Positions 9,201 to 19,100 of a DNA stretch of 64,000 nt are shown here, piece by piece; position 1 is the stretch's first letter, and each line of letters begins with the position of its first letter. A program made the position numbers and the translations under genes. The stretch comes from a virus. Lineage: Duplodnaviria; Caudoviricetes. The notes below the pieces were generated by a model that made no database searches, was not told the origin of the DNA, and saw only the letters and a list, made by a program, of their open reading frames with translations. The stretch is from positions 1 through 64,000 of the IMG/VR virus record IMGVR_UViG_3300011442_000001; one strand, given 5' to 3'.

Positions 9201-9373
9201 GATATTTTACTCCTGATTACTTCGGTGTCCGATTTCGACAAAATTCCTGCTATTTTCTTCCGATTCCTACTGTAAAATCCCATAAGATTTCCAGTGCGGA
9301 AGATTTTTCTGTCAATTCCTGTGGGAAAGTTCCTGAGAAAATTCCTAGTAGGCGTATACCGCCCGCTATGATT

Positions 9374-9382
9374 ATTATAGCA
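9374..9382 (-). promoter_or_regulatory. Extended -10 promoter for the leftward early genes
   Basis: TGcTATAAT on the minus strand about 175 nt upstream of 9200. Confidence 0.5.
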
Positions 9383-9422
9383 TGTGGGGAGGATAGTAAA
9401 CCTTAAAAGATTCACTTTTGCT

Positions 9423-9890
9423 AAAGTAGAGTAGAATATATCGAATAACGATAAATTCCTGTGCTTTAAGTATGCGTGTTACCATTTTTTAGTTGTATAT
9501 ACGTATAAGGTGGATTCTACATTTGTGGAGAATTCTACGGGAAATTTTCCTGAGATTTGCTTCCCTGAATTTTCTCAATTTCTCAGGAGCGCCGTTTCAA
9601 TGTCTTTTCCCCCTTTTCCCAAAAAATCTCAGCAGAAAACTGGCTAGACAGGAATCCGCCCGCCGTACCCGGCTTTTGGTGTTGTCTATACTGCCTATAA
9701 TCTGGTCGTTGAACTGTACCAGAGAATCCACCATGAAAATTTTAGCGGGGAAAGTTCACAGGGAAAATTTTAGTGTATCTTGTAAGATACACTCATTAAT
9801 CTAGTACTTATTTTCGTGGTAAATTTTTCTAGGAATATGGAATCACGAAACAAATAAAGCACAGGAATCCGCTAAAAAGTAGAGTAGAAT
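9423..9890. repeat. 15-bp direct repeats bracketing 14-bp inverted repeats
   Basis: AAAGTAGAGTAGAAT at 9423-9437 and 9876-9890; ATTCCTGTGCTTTA at 9455-9468 and its reverse complement at 9855-9868. Confidence 0.8.
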
Positions 9891-10245
9891 CGAGTTTACA
9901 TTTTTTAAGGTATGGGTCTTAATTATCCCTGTATAATGTATGCATGGGGCAAAATTGGATGACGGGTAACCGGATAATTGACAAGTACAATGATAGTAGC
10001 GCAGGTGACAGGGAGTGGTATTTGGGGATTGCTCCTAGAGCTTGGATACGGCGAAAATCTAGGAAAGTCAAATCATAGGAAAGTTTAGGGTATAGCGATA
10101 ACACGCATACAATATAGATTGTAAATTACTCTAAGCGATAACCAAGCAGTAAGACTCTACTGCTGAAAAATTAGGTCAAGCCTTACCCTAAAGGCTTTAA
10201 GCTTTTCTACTCTTGAAAATTCCTTACTGTGAAAGTGAGAATAGA

Positions 10246-10431
10246 ATGTCAACGTTAATAGATTTCGAATCCTATATGCTAAACTTGAAGAATCAAGCGG
10301 TAGCGTGGGCGGTAGGAAATTTAACACAGGAATTTGTAATACAGCGTTATGATTGTTTGGCCCAAGTACATGTACAGATTACAGGGAAAGATAATAAACC
10401 TGTAACCATGAAAGTATTCTACGGGTACTAA
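10246..10431 (+). CDS. Small hypothetical protein
   Basis: MSTLIDFESY...; first gene of the only plus-strand cluster. Confidence 0.45.
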   Translation: MSTLIDFESYMLNLKNQAVAWAVGNLTQEFVIQRYDCLAQVHVQITGKDNKPVTMKVFYGY

Positions 10432-10432
10432 G

Positions 10433-10609
10433 ATGTTTTACATGATCCGTATTGAGCTAATGACCGGAGAAAAGGAAACAAGGGATTTTAGAGATTTTGA
10501 CTCTGCCTTCGTTTTTTGGGAAGGTATGAAAACTGCTACACTGTTAAAGAGCATGGAATTTCTAGAGTGTAGTCCGTATATGGCATTTTTTGGTGAATGT
10601 AAAGCATAG
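10433..10609 (+). CDS. Small hypothetical protein (58 aa, below track cutoff)
   Basis: MFYMIRIELMTGEKETRDF...; starts 1 nt after the previous stop. Confidence 0.45.
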   Translation: MFYMIRIELMTGEKETRDFRDFDSAFVFWEGMKTATLLKSMEFLECSPYMAFFGECKA

Positions 10610-10682
10610 TACAACAATACAGTAAGGAATTTTTCAGAGTAGAAAAGCATAGGCAATATTCCAAGTTTAAGGATGTAATAAA

Positions 10683-11060
10683 ATGGCTAAAGAAGCAGTT
10701 TACACAGTGTTTAAGACAGTTGACGACGTTACCACTGAAATCATGACTGGTGAAAGCAAAAAGAATTTGCGTCGCGAATTGACGGGAATCTTGGCAACCA
10801 AGAATGTAGACAGTGAAGCGGGGAAATCTGCCGTTGACTTTTTGGGCGGTACGGCGTGGGCTGAATTGTTTGCGGCTGCCGGGAATCCCGATGACCTGAT
10901 TACAGTGAAAATTGACGGGGAATCCAAAGCGGAATACAAGCGGTCAAATGTTGCAAAGCGCGTTGAAATCGCCGCATCTGTCGCGGATTTCACCGGGAAA
11001 ATTTTCACCCTGAAATCTGAAAAGACCGAGTCCGCATCGCAGGTCGTAGACGTGGAGTAA
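10683..11060 (+). CDS. Hypothetical protein
   Basis: 125 aa, AAGGA RBS, followed by hairpin TCCCGCTA...TAGCGGG. Confidence 0.7.
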   Translation: MAKEAVYTVFKTVDDVTTEIMTGESKKNLRRELTGILATKNVDSEAGKSAVDFLGGTAWAELFAAAGNPDDLITVKIDGESKAEYKRSNVAKRVEIAASVADFTGKIFTLKSEKTESASQVVDVE

Positions 11061-11134
11061 GGAAAGAATCTGAGCGAATCCCCGCTAAATTTTACTCTAG
11101 CGGGGATTATCATGTAAGAATTGGAGAATATAAA

Positions 11135-11233
11135 ATGCACTGGCTATTGGCAGTTATCATTATTACAATTTCACTGGCTGCAATGTTCGCGAATCAGGTC
11201 TGTGTCATGGTGGGGAATGTGGCGTGCAAGTAA
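11135..11233 (+). CDS. Small membrane peptide (32 aa)
   Basis: GGAG RBS; MHWLLAVIIITISLAAMFANQVCVMVGNVACK. Confidence 0.4.
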   Translation: MHWLLAVIIITISLAAMFANQVCVMVGNVACK

Positions 11234-11548
11234 ACTCCCCGTGACAATCCTGTAAAATCCATCTGACAGAATCTAGTAAGAAAATTCCCCGTGATAAACT
11301 CCCCCATAATGGGCGGAAAAATTCACGGGGATTTTTTTTGGCGAGCGCCCCTGTGTACCCCAAAGACTCCTGTAAAATATTCTTAAAAAAATTTCCAAAA
11401 AAATATTCTGTATCTCCAGTGAATCAGGGAGTAACCTTAAATTTTTAAATTTTTTTTTAAAATAGGCTAACGGTAGGGTAGTTTCGGGAATAGGGTAAAC
11501 TTCTGTAATTTTTTTGTAGAGTAAATCCTTCTGTATCGCTCTGTAACG

Positions 11549-11574
11549 AAAAAAATCCCCCATTACGGGGGATT
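11549..11574 (-). terminator. Rho-independent terminator after the lysis genes
   Basis: Minus strand AATCCCCC-GTAAT-GGGGGATT followed by a T tract. Confidence 0.7.
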
Positions 11575-11632
11575 ATGTGGATTTATCTGTTAAATTGAAA
11601 TTTGACCCCTTGGCGTTGATTTCTAGGGGGTT

Positions 11633-12376
11633 CTAGGAGAAGCTTGTGGCTGGAATGGTGGGATTCCCTATAGGTAGCTTGTCGAACCAGTTTAAAGGAG
11701 CATATAGCTGGTATCTTGATAGTATGGGTATTCTTACTGGAATGTATGAGCCATTCTTAGCCAGTCTTACGATATAATTTACCCTTCCTGTTTTTGTAAC
11801 GGTAGTTCCCCAGTACCAAAGCCAGAATTTTTCTATTGTTTGCATTGGGTCAGGGATTGTTTCTGAAGTAAGTAGTCCGTCTATTAGTAAATAGCCATTT
11901 CTCTCCACACCTTTAAGGGTAGCTCCCCCGTTTATTATTGGGGAGTGAAAAGCTGGGTACTTTTGTTCAGTATCTTCCTGTAGAATGCAGTTCTTTCTGC
12001 CCGGAAAGCCGGTGTTGTTCATCCAAGCCAATCCCCCACCGAGTAAGGTGCAGAAGCTTTTGTCCGTCAGTTCTGGATTTAGCTCTCTCCAGAACCACTG
12101 CCAGTCACAGTTTAAAGGTGTCTGGTGCTGTGGGTATACTCTATATACTTCTGGCATACCTTTCTTCAAAGGATTCTCAGGATTATTTACGACTGTTCCC
12201 CTGACCGGCCCGGAGTGGTATCCGTCTCCCTTATAGACCCAGCCAATCTTTTCGTCCAAGTCGTAGTTTATCATCTCTACATCGTGGGGTTTTCTGTAGT
12301 ACTGGTTTAGATTCTGCTCCACCTTTGTTACTTCGCCAGCGTAGGTTCCCCAGTTCAGGGAAAGCTCTACGTTCAT
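11633..12376 (-). CDS. Lysis-module protein of unknown function
   Basis: ATGA overlap with the endolysin; 247 aa. Confidence 0.7.
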   Translation of the reverse strand: MNVELSLNWGTYAGEVTKVEQNLNQYYRKPHDVEMINYDLDEKIGWVYKGDGYHSGPVRGTVVNNPENPLKKGMPEVYRVYPQHQTPLNCDWQWFWRELNPELTDKSFCTLLGGGLAWMNNTGFPGRKNCILQEDTEQKYPAFHSPIINGGATLKGVERNGYLLIDGLLTSETIPDPMQTIEKFWLWYWGTTVTKTGRVNYIVRLAKNGSYIPVRIPILSRYQLYAPLNWFDKLPIGNPTIPATSFS

Positions 12377-13368
12377 TGCTTAGTCACCATCCCTTTGTAT
12401 AGAGTTCCATCTTGTAACTTCAAAGTAATTTCCATTGTATCCGGGGAAGTGGAAGTAGCCGGTCTAAAGTTGGTGTAACTGCTGGTGAGAGCAATATAGC
12501 CGTTTATTGGTTCAACTATTCGATACCAGTTGTAGCCGTCTGCTTCTGTTTTCTCACTGACTATGCTAATAGTGAGTGGGCCGGTAATTATTGTGGCTGG
12601 TGTTGCTTGCAAGTCCGCTGCGGGTCTAACGTTACTCTCCAATCCCGGCTTTAAATCTGCGTAATATAATATCATGTCTTCTCCTTCTGGTGGAACTATC
12701 ACTGGAGTTCCTCCCATATATAGCTCAAATTTCTCTGCGTCGCCATTAAATCTATTATGGTCTACTTCCTTGCTTTCCACACCTGTACCTCCAGATAGGA
12801 TGATTTCATCCTGCCAGATAAGGCACGCTGTCCAAGGTAGGGGAATTTTCACCAATTCCGGGTGGGCAGTATAGGCGGCGAGCCAGAGTATGTACTTCCC
12901 AAACCAAGCTTTTGAAGATGCGTTGGAAGGCGAGTGGTCTACCCAGTAATAATAGGCTGTGTAGATACCTATTCTAGAATCAGGAAAGCCTGAAAGTCTC
13001 TGTAGTTCTACAATAAAGGCATACAACTGATTCCAATCAGTCCAGCTTCCGTCTTCATAGTCTACGAATAGTATCCCCTCTGGCTGGTCATTTTTCACTA
13101 AACTCCAGAACCGTTGTGCCTGAGACTTGCCACTGCTGTCTTTGTCCCCAAACCAGTAGGCACTTCTTGGAATCCCTGCTTCCTTGGCGTGAGACCAGTT
13201 ATATTCAAAATCTTCGTCCTGCCAAGTGTCCTGCCCCGCTCGTATGATTACAAAGGAAGTTCCATAAGCCTTCATCATTTCAAAGTCTATACCCTGCACA
13301 GTATCATTTTTGTCTTGATACCAACTTAGGTCATAGCCAAATATACCTTCATCTTGGAAATTATCCAT
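12373..13368 (-). CDS. GH25 muramidase endolysin with SH3-like C-terminal domain
   Basis: GYDLSWYQ, FVIIRAG, DYE (DxE), GIYT, LWLAAY, IWQ, VDHN motifs; C-terminal WYRI...GYIA. Confidence 0.9.
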   Translation of the reverse strand: MDNFQDEGIFGYDLSWYQDKNDTVQGIDFEMMKAYGTSFVIIRAGQDTWQDEDFEYNWSHAKEAGIPRSAYWFGDKDSSGKSQAQRFWSLVKNDQPEGILFVDYEDGSWTDWNQLYAFIVELQRLSGFPDSRIGIYTAYYYWVDHSPSNASSKAWFGKYILWLAAYTAHPELVKIPLPWTACLIWQDEIILSGGTGVESKEVDHNRFNGDAEKFELYMGGTPVIVPPEGEDMILYYADLKPGLESNVRPAADLQATPATIITGPLTISIVSEKTEADGYNWYRIVEPINGYIALTSSYTNFRPATSTSPDTMEITLKLQDGTLYKGMVTKQ

Positions 13369-13379
13369 ACCAAACCTCC

Positions 13380-13754
13380 TTATTTGATTATTGTTATTTG
13401 TCTCGATAACTGTTCCAATATAGGAAGGAATTTTACTACTGCTACTAAAATTCCCAAAGTAAAGGCTATGGTTTGTATAACAATCGCTCCCCCTACAAAC
13501 CTAGTCCAATATCTAATATCCCGCAGAAAAGCATCATGATTGCGTACAGTTTCTCTAAGAGGCGGTTCCCCGTTCCCTAAAAGGATTACCTTGTTCAATA
13601 TGCTTATATCCTTTTGAATATCGTTTAAAGCTGTGTTCATTGTTATGATATTCATATTTATCTTTTGACTGTCCGTTAATGTTGGTGTTAAATCTATTGG
13701 TGCTATTTCACTCATTATGAGTCTCCCGTCTCTATCCCAAAGTTTTTCGTTCAT
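13380..13754 (-). CDS. Coiled-coil plus TM protein, possible holin
   Basis: C-terminal hydrophobic helix, adjacent to the lysin. Confidence 0.55.
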   Translation of the reverse strand: MNEKLWDRDGRLIMSEIAPIDLTPTLTDSQKINMNIITMNTALNDIQKDISILNKVILLGNGEPPLRETVRNHDAFLRDIRYWTRFVGGAIVIQTIAFTLGILVAVVKFLPILEQLSRQITIIK

Positions 13755-14239
13755 TTTATTAATAATCCTGTCAATAGTCCTATAATTCCTATTACCAAAC
13801 TTATAACACTTATAACAGTTGCTCTATTTACGTCTGATTGCTTTGCACTTCCAGCCAGCGTATCCTTAAAGGTATTAAGCGCTCTTACATCTCCCTTTAA
13901 AGACACAACATCCACAGGAAGGCTAGCCCTGTCTTCCCTGTATTTTGAAAAATCCTTTAGTTCTCTCCGTAAAGACTCGATTTCAGAATCCATTTCAACT
14001 CTTGTAGGAGACTTTGAAGACTGTTCTCTAAGGGCTTCTCGGAACTCGTTCATACCGTCCAGCCTTTTTTCCATACCCAGTCTAGCCAGTTCTGTTCTCT
14101 TTTCTATGTCGGAGAGTTTGGATTCAAAATACTTCTTTATCCATTCTATTTCTGATTCTATAAGTTCCATTCTTCTGATTCTGACGCTGTGTTCGGAAAG
14201 CCTCTCCATAGTTACTTTATCATTCAAGTTTGGTTCCAT
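13751..14239 (-). CDS. Coiled-coil plus C-terminal TM protein (lysis accessory)
   Basis: Heptad-like region followed by VISVISLVIGIIGLLTGLL. Confidence 0.55.
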   Translation of the reverse strand: MEPNLNDKVTMERLSEHSVRIRRMELIESEIEWIKKYFESKLSDIEKRTELARLGMEKRLDGMNEFREALREQSSKSPTRVEMDSEIESLRRELKDFSKYREDRASLPVDVVSLKGDVRALNTFKDTLAGSAKQSDVNRATVISVISLVIGIIGLLTGLLIK

Positions 14240-14254
14240 TTTTATTTCTCCTTT

Positions 14255-15634
14255 TTATGCTTGCTGTACTACAGACAGAGTAGCTGTGTTTACGTCCAGA
14301 TTTCCACCAGATGAGTGATATACGTTGCACTCCACATAATCATTTACTGCCAAAAGAAACTGGTCTGTCAAACCTACCTGATGTCCTCCAGCACTTACAG
14401 CATTGTTGGTGTTGATGGAAGAACTACCGCCGTTTATCCAGATTTGAGTAGAGCGAATACCAGTAGCGTTTGCGGCATACACAACATAAGAACTGACAAC
14501 ATAATATCCAGCCTTCTTAATCGTAATTCTGGTATTGTTAGTGGAATTGTCATGCATTGTGTTGGTATCATAATATTCTGATGTAAAGGCTATTCTGGTA
14601 TCTGTGCTTGTTGAAATAGTCTGTGCTGTGCTTCTGGCTGCTTTACATTTGTCCAGTGTTACCCAAGCACCATCTTTTCTTACGTAATCAACTCCATCAA
14701 TGGGTGCTTCTGCTATTAGCTTTCCTTCTGGAGTATAGGCAAGGCCGCTACCTGTAACATAGAACTTCTCATTCCCCTGATTTTTCAAGGAAAGCAATTT
14801 ACCAGAAGCGTTTATTACATTGTCACTATCAAACATAACTACCGTTCCAGCAGGAAGGGCATTATGGGTATATAGAAACCTATCAGTGCTATTGCTTATA
14901 AATCTTATTGCTCCACCGCTAAATGTACCGCCAGTGGCAGTAGCTTCCTGCATCGTTAGAAGGTAGGCATTATCTGTGTTGTTATTTGAGATTCCCCTAT
15001 ATCCAAATATAAGAGGAGAACTGGCAAAGCTTTGAGTGCTGTTAAGTCTCTCGAAATCAGCCGTGTATGAGTCACCCTCAGTCAGGATAAATATACCACC
15101 GTTACCGGGAGTAGAATTAACTATATCTAGTTGGTCTGTAACAGGGTCATTTGATGCATCCAATCTTAGATATAAAGCATCTGCCGCTGTTTCGTCCAAC
15201 CCACCTCCCCCACCTGACGCAGTAATAACTATCTGAACCTCTCCTCCACCCAAGTCGTTTGTTACAACCCCCGCCCCTGAGAAGTGAATACTTGTTACAT
15301 CCAAGTAGTCTACGAGAGTGTTGTCATTTTCTACAACAATAGACCCCCCGCTTTCCAGTATGTTTAGTCTATAGCGTATGTGATTTAGATTATCCACCAG
15401 AGACCAGCCAGAAGCTCCGGTTACTCCAGAAGGAAGAGTATCTGATGTAGCCGCTTCCAAGGTATCATAAGCCACATAAAACTGGGCAAGTCTTCCTATG
15501 AAGCCTCCGGGCGGAATTCCCACTCCACCACCGGCCCCTCCCACTCCTCCCAAATTGATAGGAGCAGTCTTGACCGTTCTGGCGGCAGACTCTATCATGT
15601 CAAGGACTGCGTATTCAAATTTCTGTAGTGTCAT
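14255..15634 (-). CDS. Tail fibre / receptor-binding protein with foldon-like motif and C1q-like tip
   Basis: Gly-rich; EAPIDGVDYVRKDGAW; C-terminal F..EYYD...RITIKKAGYYVV...LAVNDYVE. Confidence 0.75.
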   Translation of the reverse strand: MTLQKFEYAVLDMIESAARTVKTAPINLGGVGGAGGGVGIPPGGFIGRLAQFYVAYDTLEAATSDTLPSGVTGASGWSLVDNLNHIRYRLNILESGGSIVVENDNTLVDYLDVTSIHFSGAGVVTNDLGGGEVQIVITASGGGGGLDETAADALYLRLDASNDPVTDQLDIVNSTPGNGGIFILTEGDSYTADFERLNSTQSFASSPLIFGYRGISNNNTDNAYLLTMQEATATGGTFSGGAIRFISNSTDRFLYTHNALPAGTVVMFDSDNVINASGKLLSLKNQGNEKFYVTGSGLAYTPEGKLIAEAPIDGVDYVRKDGAWVTLDKCKAARSTAQTISTSTDTRIAFTSEYYDTNTMHDNSTNNTRITIKKAGYYVVSSYVVYAANATGIRSTQIWINGGSSSINTNNAVSAGGHQVGLTDQFLLAVNDYVECNVYHSSGGNLDVNTATLSVVQQA

Positions 15635-16179
15635 CTTTCCACCTTATAGCCTAATCTGGTCAAAACTTTTACCATAGAGTTTATACTAAAATCCTTTTTC
15701 AGTATATTACATCTGTAGCAGCAAGGAACTACATTATTTATCGTGTACCCCGCATTGTTGTCTAACCTATCAATTCCATTATACAGGTATCTACCGTTTT
15801 CTCCAACGTGTGCTTTTATTTCGTTTTTAGGTTCTGCATCACAGTAGAAACAAGATTTACTCGTAATGTCTTTTACCTGCTCATCAGATAACTCCCATAG
15901 TAGATTTCTCTTCTGGGCATTTTTCTTATAGCCCCTTATAACAGCATTTAGTCCAGCTTCTCCTTGTTTTTTCATTCTACTTTCTTTTTGCAAGCAGCCA
16001 CAACTTTTAGTGTGGCTGTCTAAAAGTTTATAGGAATCTACCCATAATTCATTTCCACAATCACATTTACAAAACCATTTAGGACGACCTACTATTGCCC
16101 TGTCTGGAGTTTCTCCGATAACAGAAAGTCTTCCAAATTTCTTTAGATATAGATTTTTAGGTTTATTGTTTGGTGTCAT
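15631..16179 (-). CDS. Free-standing HNH homing endonuclease
   Basis: FGRLSVI...WFCKCDCGN...TKSCGC N-terminus; CFYC...NGIDRLDN..GY...NVVPCCYRCN. Confidence 0.85.
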   Translation of the reverse strand: MTPNNKPKNLYLKKFGRLSVIGETPDRAIVGRPKWFCKCDCGNELWVDSYKLLDSHTKSCGCLQKESRMKKQGEAGLNAVIRGYKKNAQKRNLLWELSDEQVKDITSKSCFYCDAEPKNEIKAHVGENGRYLYNGIDRLDNNAGYTINNVVPCCYRCNILKKDFSINSMVKVLTRLGYKVER

Positions 16180-16193
16180 TTTTCTCCGTAAGT

Positions 16194-19100
16194 CTAGACA
16201 GCATCGTCTAGGCGTATTTGGGTGGCTCTAGTCTGAGGAAATCCTGTACCATAATCTGTAAAAGAAAACGCAGCGGGGTCTTGCTGGTAAAATCTCTGTA
16301 CGTTTCCACTGGCGGTGATGAAGATGTATTGTCCTCCAACTCCATAGTTTGAAGTTTCTATTCTGGTTCCGTATCCAGAAGGTACATCAAACATCTTTGA
16401 GAAACCTCCAGAATAGGTTAGAGCATCACTTCCGAAAATCCCACTACCATGAATGTACAGAATTGTGGAAGAAATTCCCAAACCAGAACTTAGTGTTCCG
16501 GGGGATGGCTGTAAAAAGGTATAACGATAGTCATTTACCATTTGGCCTGAGAAGGCGGCCAAGCCTGACGGTGCAGACTCTACAGTTGTCAGAGTAGTTT
16601 CATACACATAGTTGGATACAAAGGTAGTATCTCCAGAACCCACAGTTAGAACAGGAGCATTGTTTGAAATATCCAATCTAATAGGATAAGCTTCCTCTTC
16701 AATAAGAGTAAAGGTGGTAGCATCGTCTCTTCTTAGAACCTGATAAACAGCCGCTTCCCATTCTGGACTTCCCAAGTCTACATAATAAACTCCTGCTACT
16801 GGTTGAACAGCCGTATAGTCATTTGAATCCGAGATAAAGAAGTTACCAAAACTTATTGTACGAATAGAAAAACTAGGCACAGAGTTTGAACCGTCATCCT
16901 GTGTGTAAAGCTTTCTACCTAAATCGAAGGATGTAAAGTCGAAAGGAACCAGCCAGTCAAATCCATCAGCATCATCAATAAATACGCTTGCGTAAACTGA
17001 TGCCCCAAAGCCTCCAAAACCAGTACTACAAAAACCATTAGGGTAAACATTAGCTGGAGGAACAATTGTTCCTATTACAGAAAGACTGTCAGCACTTACT
17101 ATATTAAAAGTACTGCTATTTAAAGCAATATATTGATTTTGGTTATTAGCAAACATCGGGAAGACTGTAGATTTCTTAAAGTAATACGGTATAGTAGTAC
17201 TATTTCCAGCACTTGTATAAGTTAAGAACGTAGCACCGTCCCAGACAAAGCTATTCAATCCAATTGAGTTTCCATGACCCACTATAATTGCATTACTTGT
17301 GGTAAGTTGAAGCCAATTTCCCTCAAAGACTCCGGTAAATCTTCTTATGTTGGAATATGCTGACATTACTTGAGTGTCATTATAAACTTCGTTGTATTGA
17401 ACTACTGACGCATTGCCGGAAAAAAGAAATTCCCTAGTGCTGAAAATTAAATTAGGAGGAGCAGTAATATCATTATAGAACATTTCTATTCTTCCAATGA
17501 TTTGTACGTCCTGTCCGTTTTGAAATATATGAAAGTATGGTGGATTATTACCATTATCTATAGCATCTGGGAATGTGGGTGCTGAATGACCAGTATCACT
17601 AAAGTAATAATATCTTCCAGATGTTAGATATTCGTCAGTAATAAAATCTAACACTGGGTCATTTATTAGTGTTGCTGTTTCCATAGAAATGCTAGTAACT
17701 TCTATAAACAAATGCGATTCTGCTGTAAAGACAGTTGAGTTATTCTGACTTCTTATATGAGTCATTAATACTTTTATCACATTACCTGAAACCACAGAAT
17801 CGAGACGGAAAGCTCTTTCTAAGAAGGCAGTCCCGCCAGTCTGTAAAGTTACTGTTTGTATAAGAGTTTGACTTCCCCACGTATTAGCAAGAGCATTCCA
17901 ATCTATGTAGTAAAAATCTATGCTGCCCTGGCTGGGCTTTTTGTAGTAGAAAATTCTGTGGGTATCAGACCCCAGGTTAGGATATATACCAAGTACTGTA
18001 CCAATATTAGTCTGTGCTGATGATACTGTCTCTGTTCTGGCTACATTCCATGCACCAGCACTGAATGTTCTAGTATACTTATCTTTTCTAGCCACCTTGT
18101 CCGCCCCAACAGCCACAATAAAGCTATACCCCGAAATCTGGTCATCAATGGCTATCATAGAGCTTTGATTCTGGACTCTAACTGAGAGGCTTTCCATGCT
18201 GCCTCTGACTTCGTTATTGATGTCTACAATGCTCTGTGCGTCAGGGAATATGGTGTAGGAAGTGTAATCCTTGGAGTTAGCAAATCCCTGAGTGTAGTGA
18301 TGTCCGTAGTTGTGGTCAGTACCCAGAACAGGGGGAGCGGCTGTTCCTCCCGTACCTACAGAAATATAATCGTTCTTCCCGTCATTATCCAAATCCACAA
18401 CAAAGTAGTTATAGTTTCCTGACAAGGATACAGGATATGATGTTCCGGCCAGATTTCCAGAAAGAACATCATACTCCACTATCCAGCTTCTATTACCACT
18501 AGCAGTGGTAGAGAAACCAGAAGCATTCATGAAGTAATCCCCCATGTTTATTCCAGACATTGTATCAACACCAAACTTTACAGTGTTACCTATCTTATCT
18601 ATAATAACTGCTCTAGCCATAAGACCAGAAAAGGCAATGAAGTTACCACTGGCATCTACAACGCTCTCTTCAGAAGACATAAAACTGCTAAAAGAAATCC
18701 CGTTCCAAGGAAGTTCATCAATGGCATAGAACATCTCTCCTCTAGTACCCACAGAGCCAAAAACTCCGTTGTTTACATGCAGGTCAGTAATAGCCAAATC
18801 TGTTAGACCCGTAGAGAAGTTATACCAAGTTGGGTCGAATTTGATATGTTTTCTCCATACCCCATCCCCGTAGAAGGAAACATAAACATAGTCTCCGAAA
18901 TCAAAGAAGCCAAACAATCTTGGGCATCTTTCGTCCAGAACCACATTGGTTATAAGTCCGCCCTTGCTCATGGACACACCGAATGTAGTAACCAGTCCTC
19001 TACCTTTGTAAATATTGCTGGTAACTCTTAGAGCGGTTCCTAGATTGAAATCTCTTGCCCCCCAGACTGACAAATGCTTTTCCACAGTAATACGGGAAAA

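Noticed and set aside
9300-11600. Prophage att site or integrase
   Set aside because: No recombinase ORF or host genes seen; both sides of the region are phage-like.
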